This document shows, piece by piece, positions 1 to 9,339 of a stretch of DNA of 48,899 nt. The stretch covers positions 1-48,899 of the forward strand of contig JAADDX010000072.1 of assembly GCA_013153685.1 (NCBI GenBank), in the 5' to 3' direction. Source of the DNA: Campylobacterota bacterium. GTDB taxonomy: Bacteria; Campylobacterota; Campylobacteria; Campylobacterales; JAADDX01. The notes under the pieces were generated by a model that was not told the DNA's origin, searched no databases, and saw nothing but the letters and a program-made list of their open reading frames with translations. A program made the position numbers and the translations under genes. How positions within the stretch are numbered: position 1 is the first letter of the stretch; every line of letters begins with the position of its first letter.

Positions 1-135
1 TACTTTGGTAAATTCGTATTTTTAGGGGCATTGAATATTATGACGTTTTGGATAGGATATCTACTAAAAGACAAGCCGATCCACAACGCTATCTTTGGTA
101 TCTTAGGTGGGCTTGTATTGTATTACATGGGTTAA
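1..135 (+). CDS. 3' end of an integral membrane protein (partial, runs off the window)
   Basis: Frame 1 is open from base 1 to TAA at 133..135. It translates to the hydrophobic YFGKFVFLGALNIMTFWIGYLLKDKPIHNAIFGILGGLVLYYMG. No family assignment is possible from 44 aa. Confidence 0.4.
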   Translation, partial: YFGKFVFLGALNIMTFWIGYLLKDKPIHNAIFGILGGLVLYYMG

Positions 136-698
136 GGGATGAACCCTTCTTGACACCCACCAATCATTCTTTTAGAGTATTTGAGCAATTGTGCAAACGA
201 ATGGATATTTGTATTTGTAAGCTTGAATCTAACCTCTGTGATATACCCTTTTTGACATTTTAGAAAAACTTTAGTAGCTTGGTGTGGGTATATTTTATTA
301 ATAGCACGATTCAAAGCTTGCTTAGTGATAAATGAACCTCTATGTCTTTGAAAAAAAGCAAGCAAAACAGAATCATTCACAATCTTTGCTAAGCGTAGCA
401 TATCGCTAAAATACACCGTCGCATCGGAAGTATAGCACTTACCGTGCTTATTCCACTCATGTTTCATCAGTTTTACAGAAGGCATATACCATCTAACCTC
501 TTTAAACAACTCACGAGGCAAATAAAACTTTCCACCCCTACAATACATCTTCTTAGGCCACAAACCATGAATAGTAAAATAATTATAATCACACACTTGA
601 TGATGTATTTTGCAATACGAATTTTGCCAAGAGAGGGAAAAGATAACATCCCTAGCAAAAAGCAGTAGTGGAAATAATAACGCGATAAATTTCATCAT
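132..698 (-). CDS. Secreted ribonuclease T2 family protein (RNase I-like)
   Basis: Both RNase T2 catalytic blocks are present: FTIHGLWP (CAS I) and HEWNKHGKC (CAS II). The N-terminus MMKFIALLFPLLLFA looks like a signal peptide. The ATG overlaps the valS TGA (ATGA). Confidence 0.85.
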   Translation of the reverse strand: MMKFIALLFPLLLFARDVIFSLSWQNSYCKIHHQVCDYNYFTIHGLWPKKMYCRGGKFYLPRELFKEVRWYMPSVKLMKHEWNKHGKCYTSDATVYFSDMLRLAKIVNDSVLLAFFQRHRGSFITKQALNRAINKIYPHQATKVFLKCQKGYITEVRFKLTNTNIHSFAQLLKYSKRMIGGCQEGFIP

Positions 699-3289
699 TT
701 ACTAAGCTTATCCAATTCACTATTTACTTGCGTTAGTTTGTCTTTTAGCTGGCTAAGCTCGTTTTTGTTTTTTTCGATTACCTCTTTTGGAGCTTTTGAT
801 ACAAAGTTTTCGTTTGATAATTTTTTTTCTAATTTCTCAATTTCTTTGTTTAATTTTGTTTGTTGTTTGGTAAGTCTATTGATAATCGGTGTTAAATCGA
901 TATCACTTAATGGTATGAATGTTTGTAAATGATCACTAATATCCGCAATAGCATTTTCTACTTTGGTATCGGTAAATTCTATATTTTCCACTTTTGCTAA
1001 CTTTTGGATATATGGTTTTACCCACTCTGGCAAGTTAGCCATTATGTAGGCTTTATTTATTTTTTGATTTGCTAAGTCTACAAGTGCTTTTGCTCTTCTT
1101 ATAGATGTAATTGCTTCTATTGCCAAATCAAGCTCATCTATTTTTTCTACATCTTTGATAATTGGATAATCTTTTATCATAATTGATTCGTTTTCTTCTA
1201 AATCACTTCCATTTAAGCTTTGATAAATATATTCGGTAATAAATGGCATAAATGGGTGAAGTAATTTCATACTTTCTTTATAAATAGCTCCAAGTTCAGA
1301 TATTGAATCTTTATCAACTTTACTAAATTCAATTCCCCAATCACAAAAATCTTGCCATAAAAATCTATAAAGAGTCATACTCGCATCATTAAATCTATAC
1401 TCATCAAGCTCTTTTCTTGTTTTAGCCACTGCTTCATTAAATTTATAAAGCATATATTTTCCAAGATTTGTTTTAATTTCAATATTTTCTAAATCATCAA
1501 ATTTTTCAGCACTCATTAGCAAATATCTTGCGGCATTGTAGAGTTTATTTGTAAAGTTTCTTGATAATTCAAGCTTTTCATCACTTAATTTAATATCTCT
1601 TCCTTGCACCGCTAAAATCGCAAGTGTAAATCTAAGTGCATCAGCAGAATATTTATCTATCATTTCCAGTGGGTCGATTACATTTCCTTTGCTTTTTGAC
1701 ATTTTTTGTCCGTGTTTATCCCTTACAAGTGCGTGCAGATATACATCTCTAAATGGCACTTCTTTTAAGAAATGTGTCCCCATCATCATCATTCTTGCTA
1801 CCCAGAAAAATAAAATATCAAATCCCGTAATTAATAAGTTGTTTGGATAAAATCTATCTAAATCTTCTTCTTTCCATAAACTCCCTTTTCCAAAATCACC
1901 ATTACCCCAACCAAGAGTAGAAAAAGGCCATAATGCACTACTAAACCAAGTATCAAGCACATCTTTGTCTTGATGGATTTTAGTGCTTTTACATTTAGGG
2001 CATTCTTTTGGAGGTGTATCGCTATCATCAGCCCATTCTGCCCCACACTCATCACAATAAAATACCGGAATTTGATGTCCCCACCATAATTGTCTTGAAA
2101 TACACCAATCTCTAAGTTCTCTCATCCAAGCATCATAGTTGTTTTTCCAAGTTTGTGGGTGGAATTTTACTTCCCCTTTATTTGCAGCTTCAATAGCAGG
2201 GATTGCAGTTTCTTTTTTTAGAAACCATTGAGTAGATACATACGGCTCAATCACACTTTTACATCTATAACAATGTCCTACTTGATGGATATGTTCTTCT
2301 ACTTTTTCAATAAACCCTTCATCTCTTAATTTCTCTACAATATCTGCCCTTGCTTCAAGTCTATCGCTTCCAGCCCATTCACCGGCAATATCAAGCAAAA
2401 TTCCCTTCTCATCAAATACTTTGATAATCTCCAAATTATGTCTTTTTCCTACTTCATAGTCATTTACATCATGAGCGGGAGTTACTTTTACAAGTCCTGT
2501 CCCAAATTCCATATCTACATGACTATCAGCAATGATAGGAATCTCTCTATTTATCAGTGGTAGTCTTACTTTTTTTCCTATTAGATGTTTGTATCTCTCA
2601 TCATCTGGATTTACCATTACCGCGGTATCCCCAAAGTAAGTCTCCGGTCTTGTAGTAGCTACTACGATATATTCATCACTATCAACTATTGGGTATTTGA
2701 TATGGTATAAATGCCCGTGGTGTTCTTCATATTCTACTTCAATATCACTCAAAGCTCCATCTTTTGGACACCAATTTACCATATAATTTCCTCTAACGAT
2801 TAGCCCCTCATCATAAAGCTTTTTAAATGCTTTTTTTACCGCTTTTTGAAGCCCTTTATCCATAGTAAATCTCTCTCTTTTCCATGCTGGGCTTACCCCA
2901 AGGCTTCTAAGTTGCGATGTAATTGTATTTCCGCACGACTCTTTCCACTCCCATACTTTATTTAAAAACTTATCCCTACCAAGCTCTTCTTTTGTACTTC
3001 CGCTTGCTAATATTTGCTTTTCTACCACATTTTGTGTAGCAATTCCCGCATGGTCAGTCCCTGGCTGCCAGAGTGTTGCATACCCATCCATCCTTTTGTA
3101 TCTTACCATTATATCTTGCAAGGTAAATGTAAGTGCGTGTCCTATATGAAGGCTTCCTGTAACATTTGGTGGTGGCATCATAATACAAAAATTCTTATCT
3201 TTAGAATAATCTACTTCAAAATAATCTCTATTCTCCCAAATTCTATAATAATTACCCTCTACTTCTTTTGGATTGTAAACTTTTTGCAT
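695..3289 (-). CDS. valS: Valyl-tRNA synthetase
   Basis: 864 aa class I aaRS with PPPNVTGSLHIGHA (HIGH) and KMSKSKGN (KMSKS) motifs and a C-terminal coiled coil. AAGGA RBS sits 5 nt upstream of the ATG. Confidence 0.97.
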   Translation of the reverse strand: MQKVYNPKEVEGNYYRIWENRDYFEVDYSKDKNFCIMMPPPNVTGSLHIGHALTFTLQDIMVRYKRMDGYATLWQPGTDHAGIATQNVVEKQILASGSTKEELGRDKFLNKVWEWKESCGNTITSQLRSLGVSPAWKRERFTMDKGLQKAVKKAFKKLYDEGLIVRGNYMVNWCPKDGALSDIEVEYEEHHGHLYHIKYPIVDSDEYIVVATTRPETYFGDTAVMVNPDDERYKHLIGKKVRLPLINREIPIIADSHVDMEFGTGLVKVTPAHDVNDYEVGKRHNLEIIKVFDEKGILLDIAGEWAGSDRLEARADIVEKLRDEGFIEKVEEHIHQVGHCYRCKSVIEPYVSTQWFLKKETAIPAIEAANKGEVKFHPQTWKNNYDAWMRELRDWCISRQLWWGHQIPVFYCDECGAEWADDSDTPPKECPKCKSTKIHQDKDVLDTWFSSALWPFSTLGWGNGDFGKGSLWKEEDLDRFYPNNLLITGFDILFFWVARMMMMGTHFLKEVPFRDVYLHALVRDKHGQKMSKSKGNVIDPLEMIDKYSADALRFTLAILAVQGRDIKLSDEKLELSRNFTNKLYNAARYLLMSAEKFDDLENIEIKTNLGKYMLYKFNEAVAKTRKELDEYRFNDASMTLYRFLWQDFCDWGIEFSKVDKDSISELGAIYKESMKLLHPFMPFITEYIYQSLNGSDLEENESIMIKDYPIIKDVEKIDELDLAIEAITSIRRAKALVDLANQKINKAYIMANLPEWVKPYIQKLAKVENIEFTDTKVENAIADISDHLQTFIPLSDIDLTPIINRLTKQQTKLNKEIEKLEKKLSNENFVSKAPKEVIEKNKNELSQLKDKLTQVNSELDKLSK

Positions 3290-3347
3290 TTTAGTCCTTT
3301 TTTTTGATATTATTTCGCTGAAAAGTTAGTATTGAAATCTGTTTTAA

Positions 3348-3356
3348 ATTATAGCA
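3348..3356 (-). promoter_or_regulatory. Putative extended -10 promoter (TGCTATAAT) for valS
   Basis: The TGnTATAAT consensus read on the minus strand lies about 55 nt upstream of the valS ATG, in a T-rich context. Confidence 0.45.
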
Positions 3357-3400
3357 TATTTTAGCTTTAGTTTCAAAGTTTGCGATTAAAAAGGGGTAGA

Positions 3401-3763
3401 ATGAAACCTAAATATTCATTTATCAAAAATACAAAATACGCCTTAGAAGGTATGTATGCGTTATTAAGATACGAGACTTCATTTAAGATAGAGATACTTG
3501 TGTGTATAGTGCTATGCCTCGTGTTGTATTGGTGGGATATCAAAATCACATACAAAGCAATACTGTTTGCTTCGATGATGTTAGTTTTGATAACAGAAGC
3601 GATCAATTCCGCTATTGAAGCGGTGGTTGATTTGTGCACTACCCAGTTTCACATCTTAGCAAAAAGAGCCAAGGATATAGGCAGTAGTGCCGTGTTTTTG
3701 AGCATTGTGTTATCAGTAGGGATGTGGGGATTTGTGCTATTTGATACGCTTTTTGGTCACTAA
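3401..3763 (+). CDS. dgkA: Diacylglycerol kinase
   Basis: Small three-TM protein with TEAINSAIEAVVD and AKDIGSSAV motifs typical of DgkA. I chose the ATG at 3401 (RBS AAAGGGG) over the upstream track start at 3380. Confidence 0.85.
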   Translation: MKPKYSFIKNTKYALEGMYALLRYETSFKIEILVCIVLCLVLYWWDIKITYKAILFASMMLVLITEAINSAIEAVVDLCTTQFHILAKRAKDIGSSAVFLSIVLSVGMWGFVLFDTLFGH

Positions 3764-6067
3764 AGCGTGTTTTAGCACCTCCTCTACTCGTTTTACTGGT
3801 ACAATCTCCAACCCTTCTTTGACTTCTTGTGGAATCTCATCCAAATCTCTATCGTAATTTTTTTGTGGAATTAAGACAGTTTTTACTTTTGCTTTGTATG
3901 CCGCAATCAATTTCTCTTTTAATCCACCAATTGGCAACACATCACCTATCAAGCTCACCTCTCCCGTCATTGCTATATCATGTCTAATTGGAGTTTGACT
4001 GAATATAGAACTTAGCACACTCACCATAGCAATACCAGCACTTGGACCATCTTTTGGTGTAGCTCCTGCTGGAAAGTGGATGTGAGTATCGTAGTGCTTG
4101 TAGTATGGCTCTTTGTCTGATGAGGGCGGTGTTGGTAGTTTTTGTTCATCAATTAGCACCCTAACTACACTCAAAGCAATCTTTGCACTCTCTTTCATCA
4201 CATCACCCAAACTACCAGTTAGCGTTAGTGCTCCTTTACCTTGCAGTTTGATAGCTTCGATTTTTAACAAATCTCCCCCTACTGCAGTCCAAGCCAATCC
4301 GTTAACCACACCTATTCTATCTTCTTTATCAATCTGTTCTATCGCACCATACCCTTTTTTAAGGTATTCTTCTAGATTGTTTACGTTGATAGATACTTTT
4401 TTGGCACCTTGTAATATTTCCTTAGCCGCTTTTCTCATAATTTTGGCAATAACCTTACGCAGATTCCTTACTCCAGCTTCTTTGGTGTATTCATCGATGA
4501 TCTTCTTGAGTGCCGATGGAGTAATATTAACTTCCGATTTTTTAAGAGCATGTCTTTTAAGCTCTTGAGTGATTAGATATTTCCACGCAATTTCGAATTT
4601 TTCATTAGGCGTATAACTATCTACAAAAATCAACTCCAATCTATCTCTTAATGGAGCCGGCACTAAAGAGATATCATTTGCCGTAGCAATAAAAATCACT
4701 TGCGATAAATCTACATCGAAATTGAGATACAAATCTCTAAAATTCGTATTTTGCTCAGGATCCAAAATTTCCAACAACACACTCGTAGGATCTCCTCTAT
4801 GGCGTGCTATTTTATCTATCTCATCAAGTACTACTACTGGATTGAAGCTTTTGGCGTTGATTAACCCTTGGATTATCCTACCAGGCATACTACCTACGTA
4901 TGTTCTTCTATGTCCTCTTAATTCACTTACATCATCAATACCACCAAGAGCGATTCTTACAAGCTCTCTTTTGAGTGTTTTAGCAATAGAATTCGCAAGC
5001 GAAGTCTTACCAACTCCTGGGGGACCAACAAAACAAATAATAGCTCCCTTATACTCCTTATCCCTACTCTCAACAAGCTCTTTAGCCGCAAAATAATCAA
5101 TAATTCTCTCTTTTGGTTTTTGCAAGCCATAATGTTCTTTATCAAGCCGTTTTTGCAAATCCGAGATTTTGAGTTTGGTTTTGGATTTTTTTCCAAAAGG
5201 GACACTCAAAGCCCAATCCACATAATTCTCGGTAGTCGCATATTCACTACTCTCAGGATGCAATTTCACTAATCTGTCTAATTGTTTTTTAATCTCTTTA
5301 TATGCTTCGGTAGGCATTTTGGGTTTGAGGTTTTCTAACTTGGTATAATACTCCTCAATTTCCTTATCAATATTTTCAGTCAGACCCAATTCCTCTTGAA
5401 TCATCCTTAGCTGTTGTCTGAGGAAATATTCCCTATTTGTATCATTAATATTTTTGCTTACTTTTTTGGCTAGTTCGTTTTTGATTTTGGCACTCTCAAT
5501 CTCAGATGATACTAGCTTAATAAGCAGCAACAATCTATCTTTAAGTGCACTATTAGCAAAAATCTTATAACTCTTATCATCATCCACTTTAAGTGATGAT
5601 AGGAGCAAATCTACGATCCTATCCCCATCGTTATTGCTATCAATTACTTTTATCAAGTCTTTTGGGAAAAATGGATGAATCTTACTAAGTTCGGTAATCA
5701 AATCTTTTAATGTATCTAACAAAGCTTCAATTTCGAGCTTATTACCTTTTGATACTTTCAAAAGTTCAACAATAGCAAAGTGTTCTTTTGTTATTTCCTT
5801 GATTTTACCTTTTGCCATCCCTTGAAAAAGAATTTTGAGCTTACCATCAGGCAGTTCTACCTCACGCAAAATCGTCCCTATCGTCCCCACTGCTCTTTTT
5901 GCCTCTTTGGTAGTGACAAACAACAGCTTTGCTTGGTTTTGTTTGATTCTTTGGATCTCTTGCGGATCTGATATAAAAATAGGCACAATCATAAAAGGGT
6001 AAATAATATTTTCCTGTTTTAACACCAACAATTCCATCGGAAATGCATCATAATTTTCTAATTTCAA
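3737..6067 (-). CDS. lon: ATP-dependent Lon protease
   Basis: 776 aa with Walker A GPPGVGKTS and the protease serine motif PKDGPSAGIAM. TTG start is preceded by AAGGAG with a 6-nt spacer. Confidence 0.97.
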   Translation of the reverse strand: MKLENYDAFPMELLVLKQENIIYPFMIVPIFISDPQEIQRIKQNQAKLLFVTTKEAKRAVGTIGTILREVELPDGKLKILFQGMAKGKIKEITKEHFAIVELLKVSKGNKLEIEALLDTLKDLITELSKIHPFFPKDLIKVIDSNNDGDRIVDLLLSSLKVDDDKSYKIFANSALKDRLLLLIKLVSSEIESAKIKNELAKKVSKNINDTNREYFLRQQLRMIQEELGLTENIDKEIEEYYTKLENLKPKMPTEAYKEIKKQLDRLVKLHPESSEYATTENYVDWALSVPFGKKSKTKLKISDLQKRLDKEHYGLQKPKERIIDYFAAKELVESRDKEYKGAIICFVGPPGVGKTSLANSIAKTLKRELVRIALGGIDDVSELRGHRRTYVGSMPGRIIQGLINAKSFNPVVVLDEIDKIARHRGDPTSVLLEILDPEQNTNFRDLYLNFDVDLSQVIFIATANDISLVPAPLRDRLELIFVDSYTPNEKFEIAWKYLITQELKRHALKKSEVNITPSALKKIIDEYTKEAGVRNLRKVIAKIMRKAAKEILQGAKKVSINVNNLEEYLKKGYGAIEQIDKEDRIGVVNGLAWTAVGGDLLKIEAIKLQGKGALTLTGSLGDVMKESAKIALSVVRVLIDEQKLPTPPSSDKEPYYKHYDTHIHFPAGATPKDGPSAGIAMVSVLSSIFSQTPIRHDIAMTGEVSLIGDVLPIGGLKEKLIAAYKAKVKTVLIPQKNYDRDLDEIPQEVKEGLEIVPVKRVEEVLKHALVTKKRIK

Positions 6068-6158
6068 TAAATACTCCTTAGTTCTAATATTTCACACTTG
6101 ATATATTATATACAATTTATCGTAAAAAATCAAATTTTAAAACAAAGGAGTAAAATTT

Positions 6159-6167
6159 TGATATAAT
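6159..6167 (+). promoter_or_regulatory. Putative extended -10 promoter (TGATATAAT) for trpD
   Basis: Exact TGnTATAAT 27 nt upstream of the trpD ATG, preceded by a T-run. Confidence 0.5.
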
Positions 6168-6193
6168 TTCCTAATACAACCAAAGGAGTTATT

Positions 6194-7171
6194 ATGACTT
6201 ACGAAGAAGCTTTAGAAAAATTTAAATTACTTTTTGAAAACAAGCTATCACAAGATGAAGCAAAAGAGTTACTTATACAACTATACCAAAAAGGTGAGAG
6301 TGCCAATGAAATCGCTGCAGCAGCGGAAGTTATGAGAGAGCATTCTATTAAATTGCCTATTGATGAGGAGTTAAGAGATAAACTTATTGATAATTGTGGG
6401 ACGGGTGGTGATAAAAGCAATACTTTTAATATTTCCACAACGGTATCTATCTTACTCGCAAGTGGTGGATGCTATGTAGCTAAGCACGGAAATAGAAGCA
6501 TTACTAGCAAATCTGGAAGTGCGGATATGCTAGAAGCGTTAGGGATTAATCTCAATCTCACACCACAACAACAAGCAACTATGTTAGAAGAAGTGGGATT
6601 TTGTTTTATCTTCGCACAAAATCACCATCCGGCTATGAAATATATTATGCCAATTAGAAAAAGCCTTAATCACCGCACTATTTTCAATATCCTAGGTCCA
6701 CTAACCAATCCAGCCGGGGTAAAAAGACAATTAATTGGGGTATTTGATACTGAATATGTCGAAAAAGTAATCAATGCTTTGATTATGTTAGGTAGTAAAA
6801 GAGCGATGGTGGTTAGTAGCTTGGATGGATTAGATGAGATTAGCATAGAAGCAAACACAAAAGCCGCACTTTATAATTCCCAAAGAATCCAACAACTCAC
6901 CATCAATCCGCACGATTACAAATTAGCCGGAAAAAAAGCAAATCTTATCGGGGGAGATGCCAAAGAAAATGCCAAAATCACGATGTCGATTTTTGACGGA
7001 GAGAAGGGAGATAGACGAAATATCGTAGTATTAAATGCTGCTGCGGCATTACTTGTAGATAATAAAGTAACCGACTTGCAAAGTGGAGTAGAGATGGCAC
7101 AAGAGCTCATAGACAGCAAAAAAGCCAAAGAAAAACTACAACAAATCATCCAAATAAGCAACAAACTATGA
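6194..7171 (+). CDS. trpD: Anthranilate phosphoribosyltransferase
   Basis: CGTGGDKSNTFNIST, AKHGNRSITSKSGSADMLEALG and NILGPLTNPA motifs. AAAGGAG RBS. No other trp genes are nearby. Confidence 0.9.
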   Translation: MTYEEALEKFKLLFENKLSQDEAKELLIQLYQKGESANEIAAAAEVMREHSIKLPIDEELRDKLIDNCGTGGDKSNTFNISTTVSILLASGGCYVAKHGNRSITSKSGSADMLEALGINLNLTPQQQATMLEEVGFCFIFAQNHHPAMKYIMPIRKSLNHRTIFNILGPLTNPAGVKRQLIGVFDTEYVEKVINALIMLGSKRAMVVSSLDGLDEISIEANTKAALYNSQRIQQLTINPHDYKLAGKKANLIGGDAKENAKITMSIFDGEKGDRRNIVVLNAAAALLVDNKVTDLQSGVEMAQELIDSKKAKEKLQQIIQISNKL

Positions 7172-7521
7172 CTTACAAAATCCAATGTAAATCTCTGCTT
7201 CTTCAAAAGGCATTAGAGGAATTTCTAAAAGACTATCTAAGTGAAGATGGATTGGTAATTAGTGATACAAGTGGTGATATTATCATCGGCAAAGATATCA
7301 AAAAACCTTTTAGCAAATCTCAATTGTTGTTACAGTTAGAAAACGTAGCTAACCAAAAAAACCTCTATCACGAACTTAAAAACATGCTAAAAGTCAAAGA
7401 AGATATCCCAAACGATCCTATGATTTCCACCACAGGATCGTTTGAGGAAGAATTGGATGCTATCATCCTAGAATTCAGCCACAAACTAAAAAGGCTCATC
7501 AAAAAACACTACCTAAAATAA
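7168..7521 (+). CDS. Hypothetical protein (117 aa)
   Basis: ORF whose ATG overlaps the trpD stop (ATGA), which suggests translational coupling. No recognisable motif. Confidence 0.5.
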   Translation: MTYKIQCKSLLLQKALEEFLKDYLSEDGLVISDTSGDIIIGKDIKKPFSKSQLLLQLENVANQKNLYHELKNMLKVKEDIPNDPMISTTGSFEEELDAIILEFSHKLKRLIKKHYLK

Positions 7522-8412
7522 AAAATCATCATCCTCTTCTTCTGTTTGATTAATCATAATATCAAATTGTGCGATATTAGCCAAGAACGAAGCATCAAAA
7601 TAGTGAATATCAACCGCACTTTGTTCGATAAAGATAGTGCGTATCCAATTTTGAATATCGTTGTTGATTTGGGAGATTAGATTCCACGCGAACTCTTTTT
7701 TGGTATCATCCAACTCTTCTAATTGCAAGTTATGCAATGTCTCTACGAAGTTTTCCATCGCATATCCGATATCTTTGAATTCGTGAGTTCTATATAAAAT
7801 CCTTGCCAATACCTCTATAATGCGTATAAAATCATCAATAAATTCTTGAGTGATTTCTAAATGTTTGTGTTGCAAATCATCGGATTCATCGGCTAATTCA
7901 ATAATATCATGCAAATCATCATCAATAATTTCATTATATTCAAAATATTCTACAGCTGTAATTTTTTTCTCATCTTCGTAATGCATGTTATCTATAGCTT
8001 CATCAATCTCTTCGCTATCAAACATAAAAAATCCATCCTCCTCGCTAGCTTGATGATGCTGCAAGTAAATTTCCATAAACAATTTATCAAACTTATCCAT
8101 CACTTGATCGTAATATTGATCTGTTTGAAAATGCTCTTTTGCCCATTTTTTGTGTAATTTAAAAAAGATACTCAAATACTTTCGCATCACTTCTGGATCA
8201 ATATCTATATGCTTGTGCGAAACTGATGCTTTTACTACCAAATCTCTCGCTTTTACAGCATCATAAATCAATGCTACTGACAATTTGGCGATTCCGAAAT
8301 TATGACGTGCTCTTACATCCTCACTATCCAATAAATGACTTACGTATTCATCTTTTAAAATATATTCCTCAAATGGAATTACTACACTTTTAATCAAATC
8401 AGTCATACTCAT
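7513..8412 (-). CDS. Acidic hypothetical protein, downstream member of a paralog pair
   Basis: ATG at 8412 with AAGGAGAG RBS, 10 nt after the stop of the upstream paralog. D/E-rich. The C-terminal block WIRTIFIEQSAVDIHYFDASFLANIAQ is shared with the neighbour. Ends in EEEDDDFLF. Confidence 0.6.
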   Translation of the reverse strand: MSMTDLIKSVVIPFEEYILKDEYVSHLLDSEDVRARHNFGIAKLSVALIYDAVKARDLVVKASVSHKHIDIDPEVMRKYLSIFFKLHKKWAKEHFQTDQYYDQVMDKFDKLFMEIYLQHHQASEEDGFFMFDSEEIDEAIDNMHYEDEKKITAVEYFEYNEIIDDDLHDIIELADESDDLQHKHLEITQEFIDDFIRIIEVLARILYRTHEFKDIGYAMENFVETLHNLQLEELDDTKKEFAWNLISQINNDIQNWIRTIFIEQSAVDIHYFDASFLANIAQFDIMINQTEEEDDDFLF

Positions 8413-8422
8413 ATGCTCTCCT

Positions 8423-9256
8423 TTATGCTTCACACATAATTTTTAATTGAGAAATATTTGCTAGCAAAGAATCATCCAAATAATGCACATCCACCACATC
8501 TTGTTCGATAAAAATAGAATCGATCCACTTGATGATATCTTCGATAAAAGTTTGTATCAGATTAAAAATCAAATCTTGCACCGCTTGTTGTTTGATATGC
8601 ATATCTTTGAGAGTATTAACAAATTCAAGTATTTCCACACCGATTTTTTTGAACTCTACATTTGAGAAAATAAATACCAACGTCGTCTCCAACTTCAAAA
8701 ATCGCACAACGACACTATCTATAAATTCTTGCGAATATTGAGAATACTCATCTAATAATTCTTCTAATTTCTCTTTTTGGATAATTAGCTCTTCTACATC
8801 CTCTTGTTCTATTGGATATTGTGCAAAATACTCATTTGAACTCATATGATGAATCGTATCATCAGATGGAGCACAAGCATCATCATCACAAAAAAACTCG
8901 TCACTCTCGTTGTGTTCTTGCCACAAGTTATCAGCTAAATCGAGATAATATTGTCTTTTGGTATCGGCAAAATGATGATGTGTAGTTTTATAAAGCCAAT
9001 TATCGTAGTTGTTAAATAATCTAACAAAAAATTCATTTGTATCGGAATGTGAGAGATTATTATCAATAAGATACTCCACTAATTCCTTAAAAGTTTTCTC
9101 CTCAAACGATTCATTATGCACAAACAAAAAAGCCAGAAAAAATGCAATTTTTCTATAGCATTTATCGTATTGAGCATTATCAATATTTTCGTTTTGACAC
9201 TTGATTACAACGTCTTTAATTAATGAATCAAATTGTGATTGTAACTTCGCATTCAT
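8423..9256 (-). CDS. Acidic hypothetical protein, upstream member of a paralog pair
   Basis: ATG at 9256 fits a TGGTATAAT promoter at 9284..9292, whereas the TTG at 9271 would leave almost no leader. The C-terminal block WIDSIFIEQDVVDVHYLDDSLLANISQ is shared with the neighbour. Confidence 0.6.
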   Translation of the reverse strand: MNAKLQSQFDSLIKDVVIKCQNENIDNAQYDKCYRKIAFFLAFLFVHNESFEEKTFKELVEYLIDNNLSHSDTNEFFVRLFNNYDNWLYKTTHHHFADTKRQYYLDLADNLWQEHNESDEFFCDDDACAPSDDTIHHMSSNEYFAQYPIEQEDVEELIIQKEKLEELLDEYSQYSQEFIDSVVVRFLKLETTLVFIFSNVEFKKIGVEILEFVNTLKDMHIKQQAVQDLIFNLIQTFIEDIIKWIDSIFIEQDVVDVHYLDDSLLANISQLKIMCEA

Positions 9257-9283
9257 GGTAAAAACCTTCAAACAAATTTTATA

Positions 9284-9292
9284 ATTATACCA
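9284..9292 (-). promoter_or_regulatory. Putative extended -10 promoter (TGGTATAAT) for the acidic paralog operon
   Basis: Exact TGnTATAAT on the minus strand, 28 nt upstream of ATG 9256, within the 83-nt spacer between that ATG and the ftsW/rodA stop at 9340. Confidence 0.5.
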
Positions 9293-9339
9293 TAAAATTC
9301 GCTATTTTGGGATACTTTTTAGATAGAATGTGAGTTAAA

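Noticed and set aside
6194-7171. Stand-alone trpD as a TrpD2/YbiB-type nucleic-acid-binding paralog
   Set aside because: The canonical catalytic motifs GTGGD and KHGNR(S), which as I recall are absent from the YbiB/TrpD2 group, are intact. Dispersed biosynthetic genes (also thiG, hisB-hisF) seem to be the norm in this genome.
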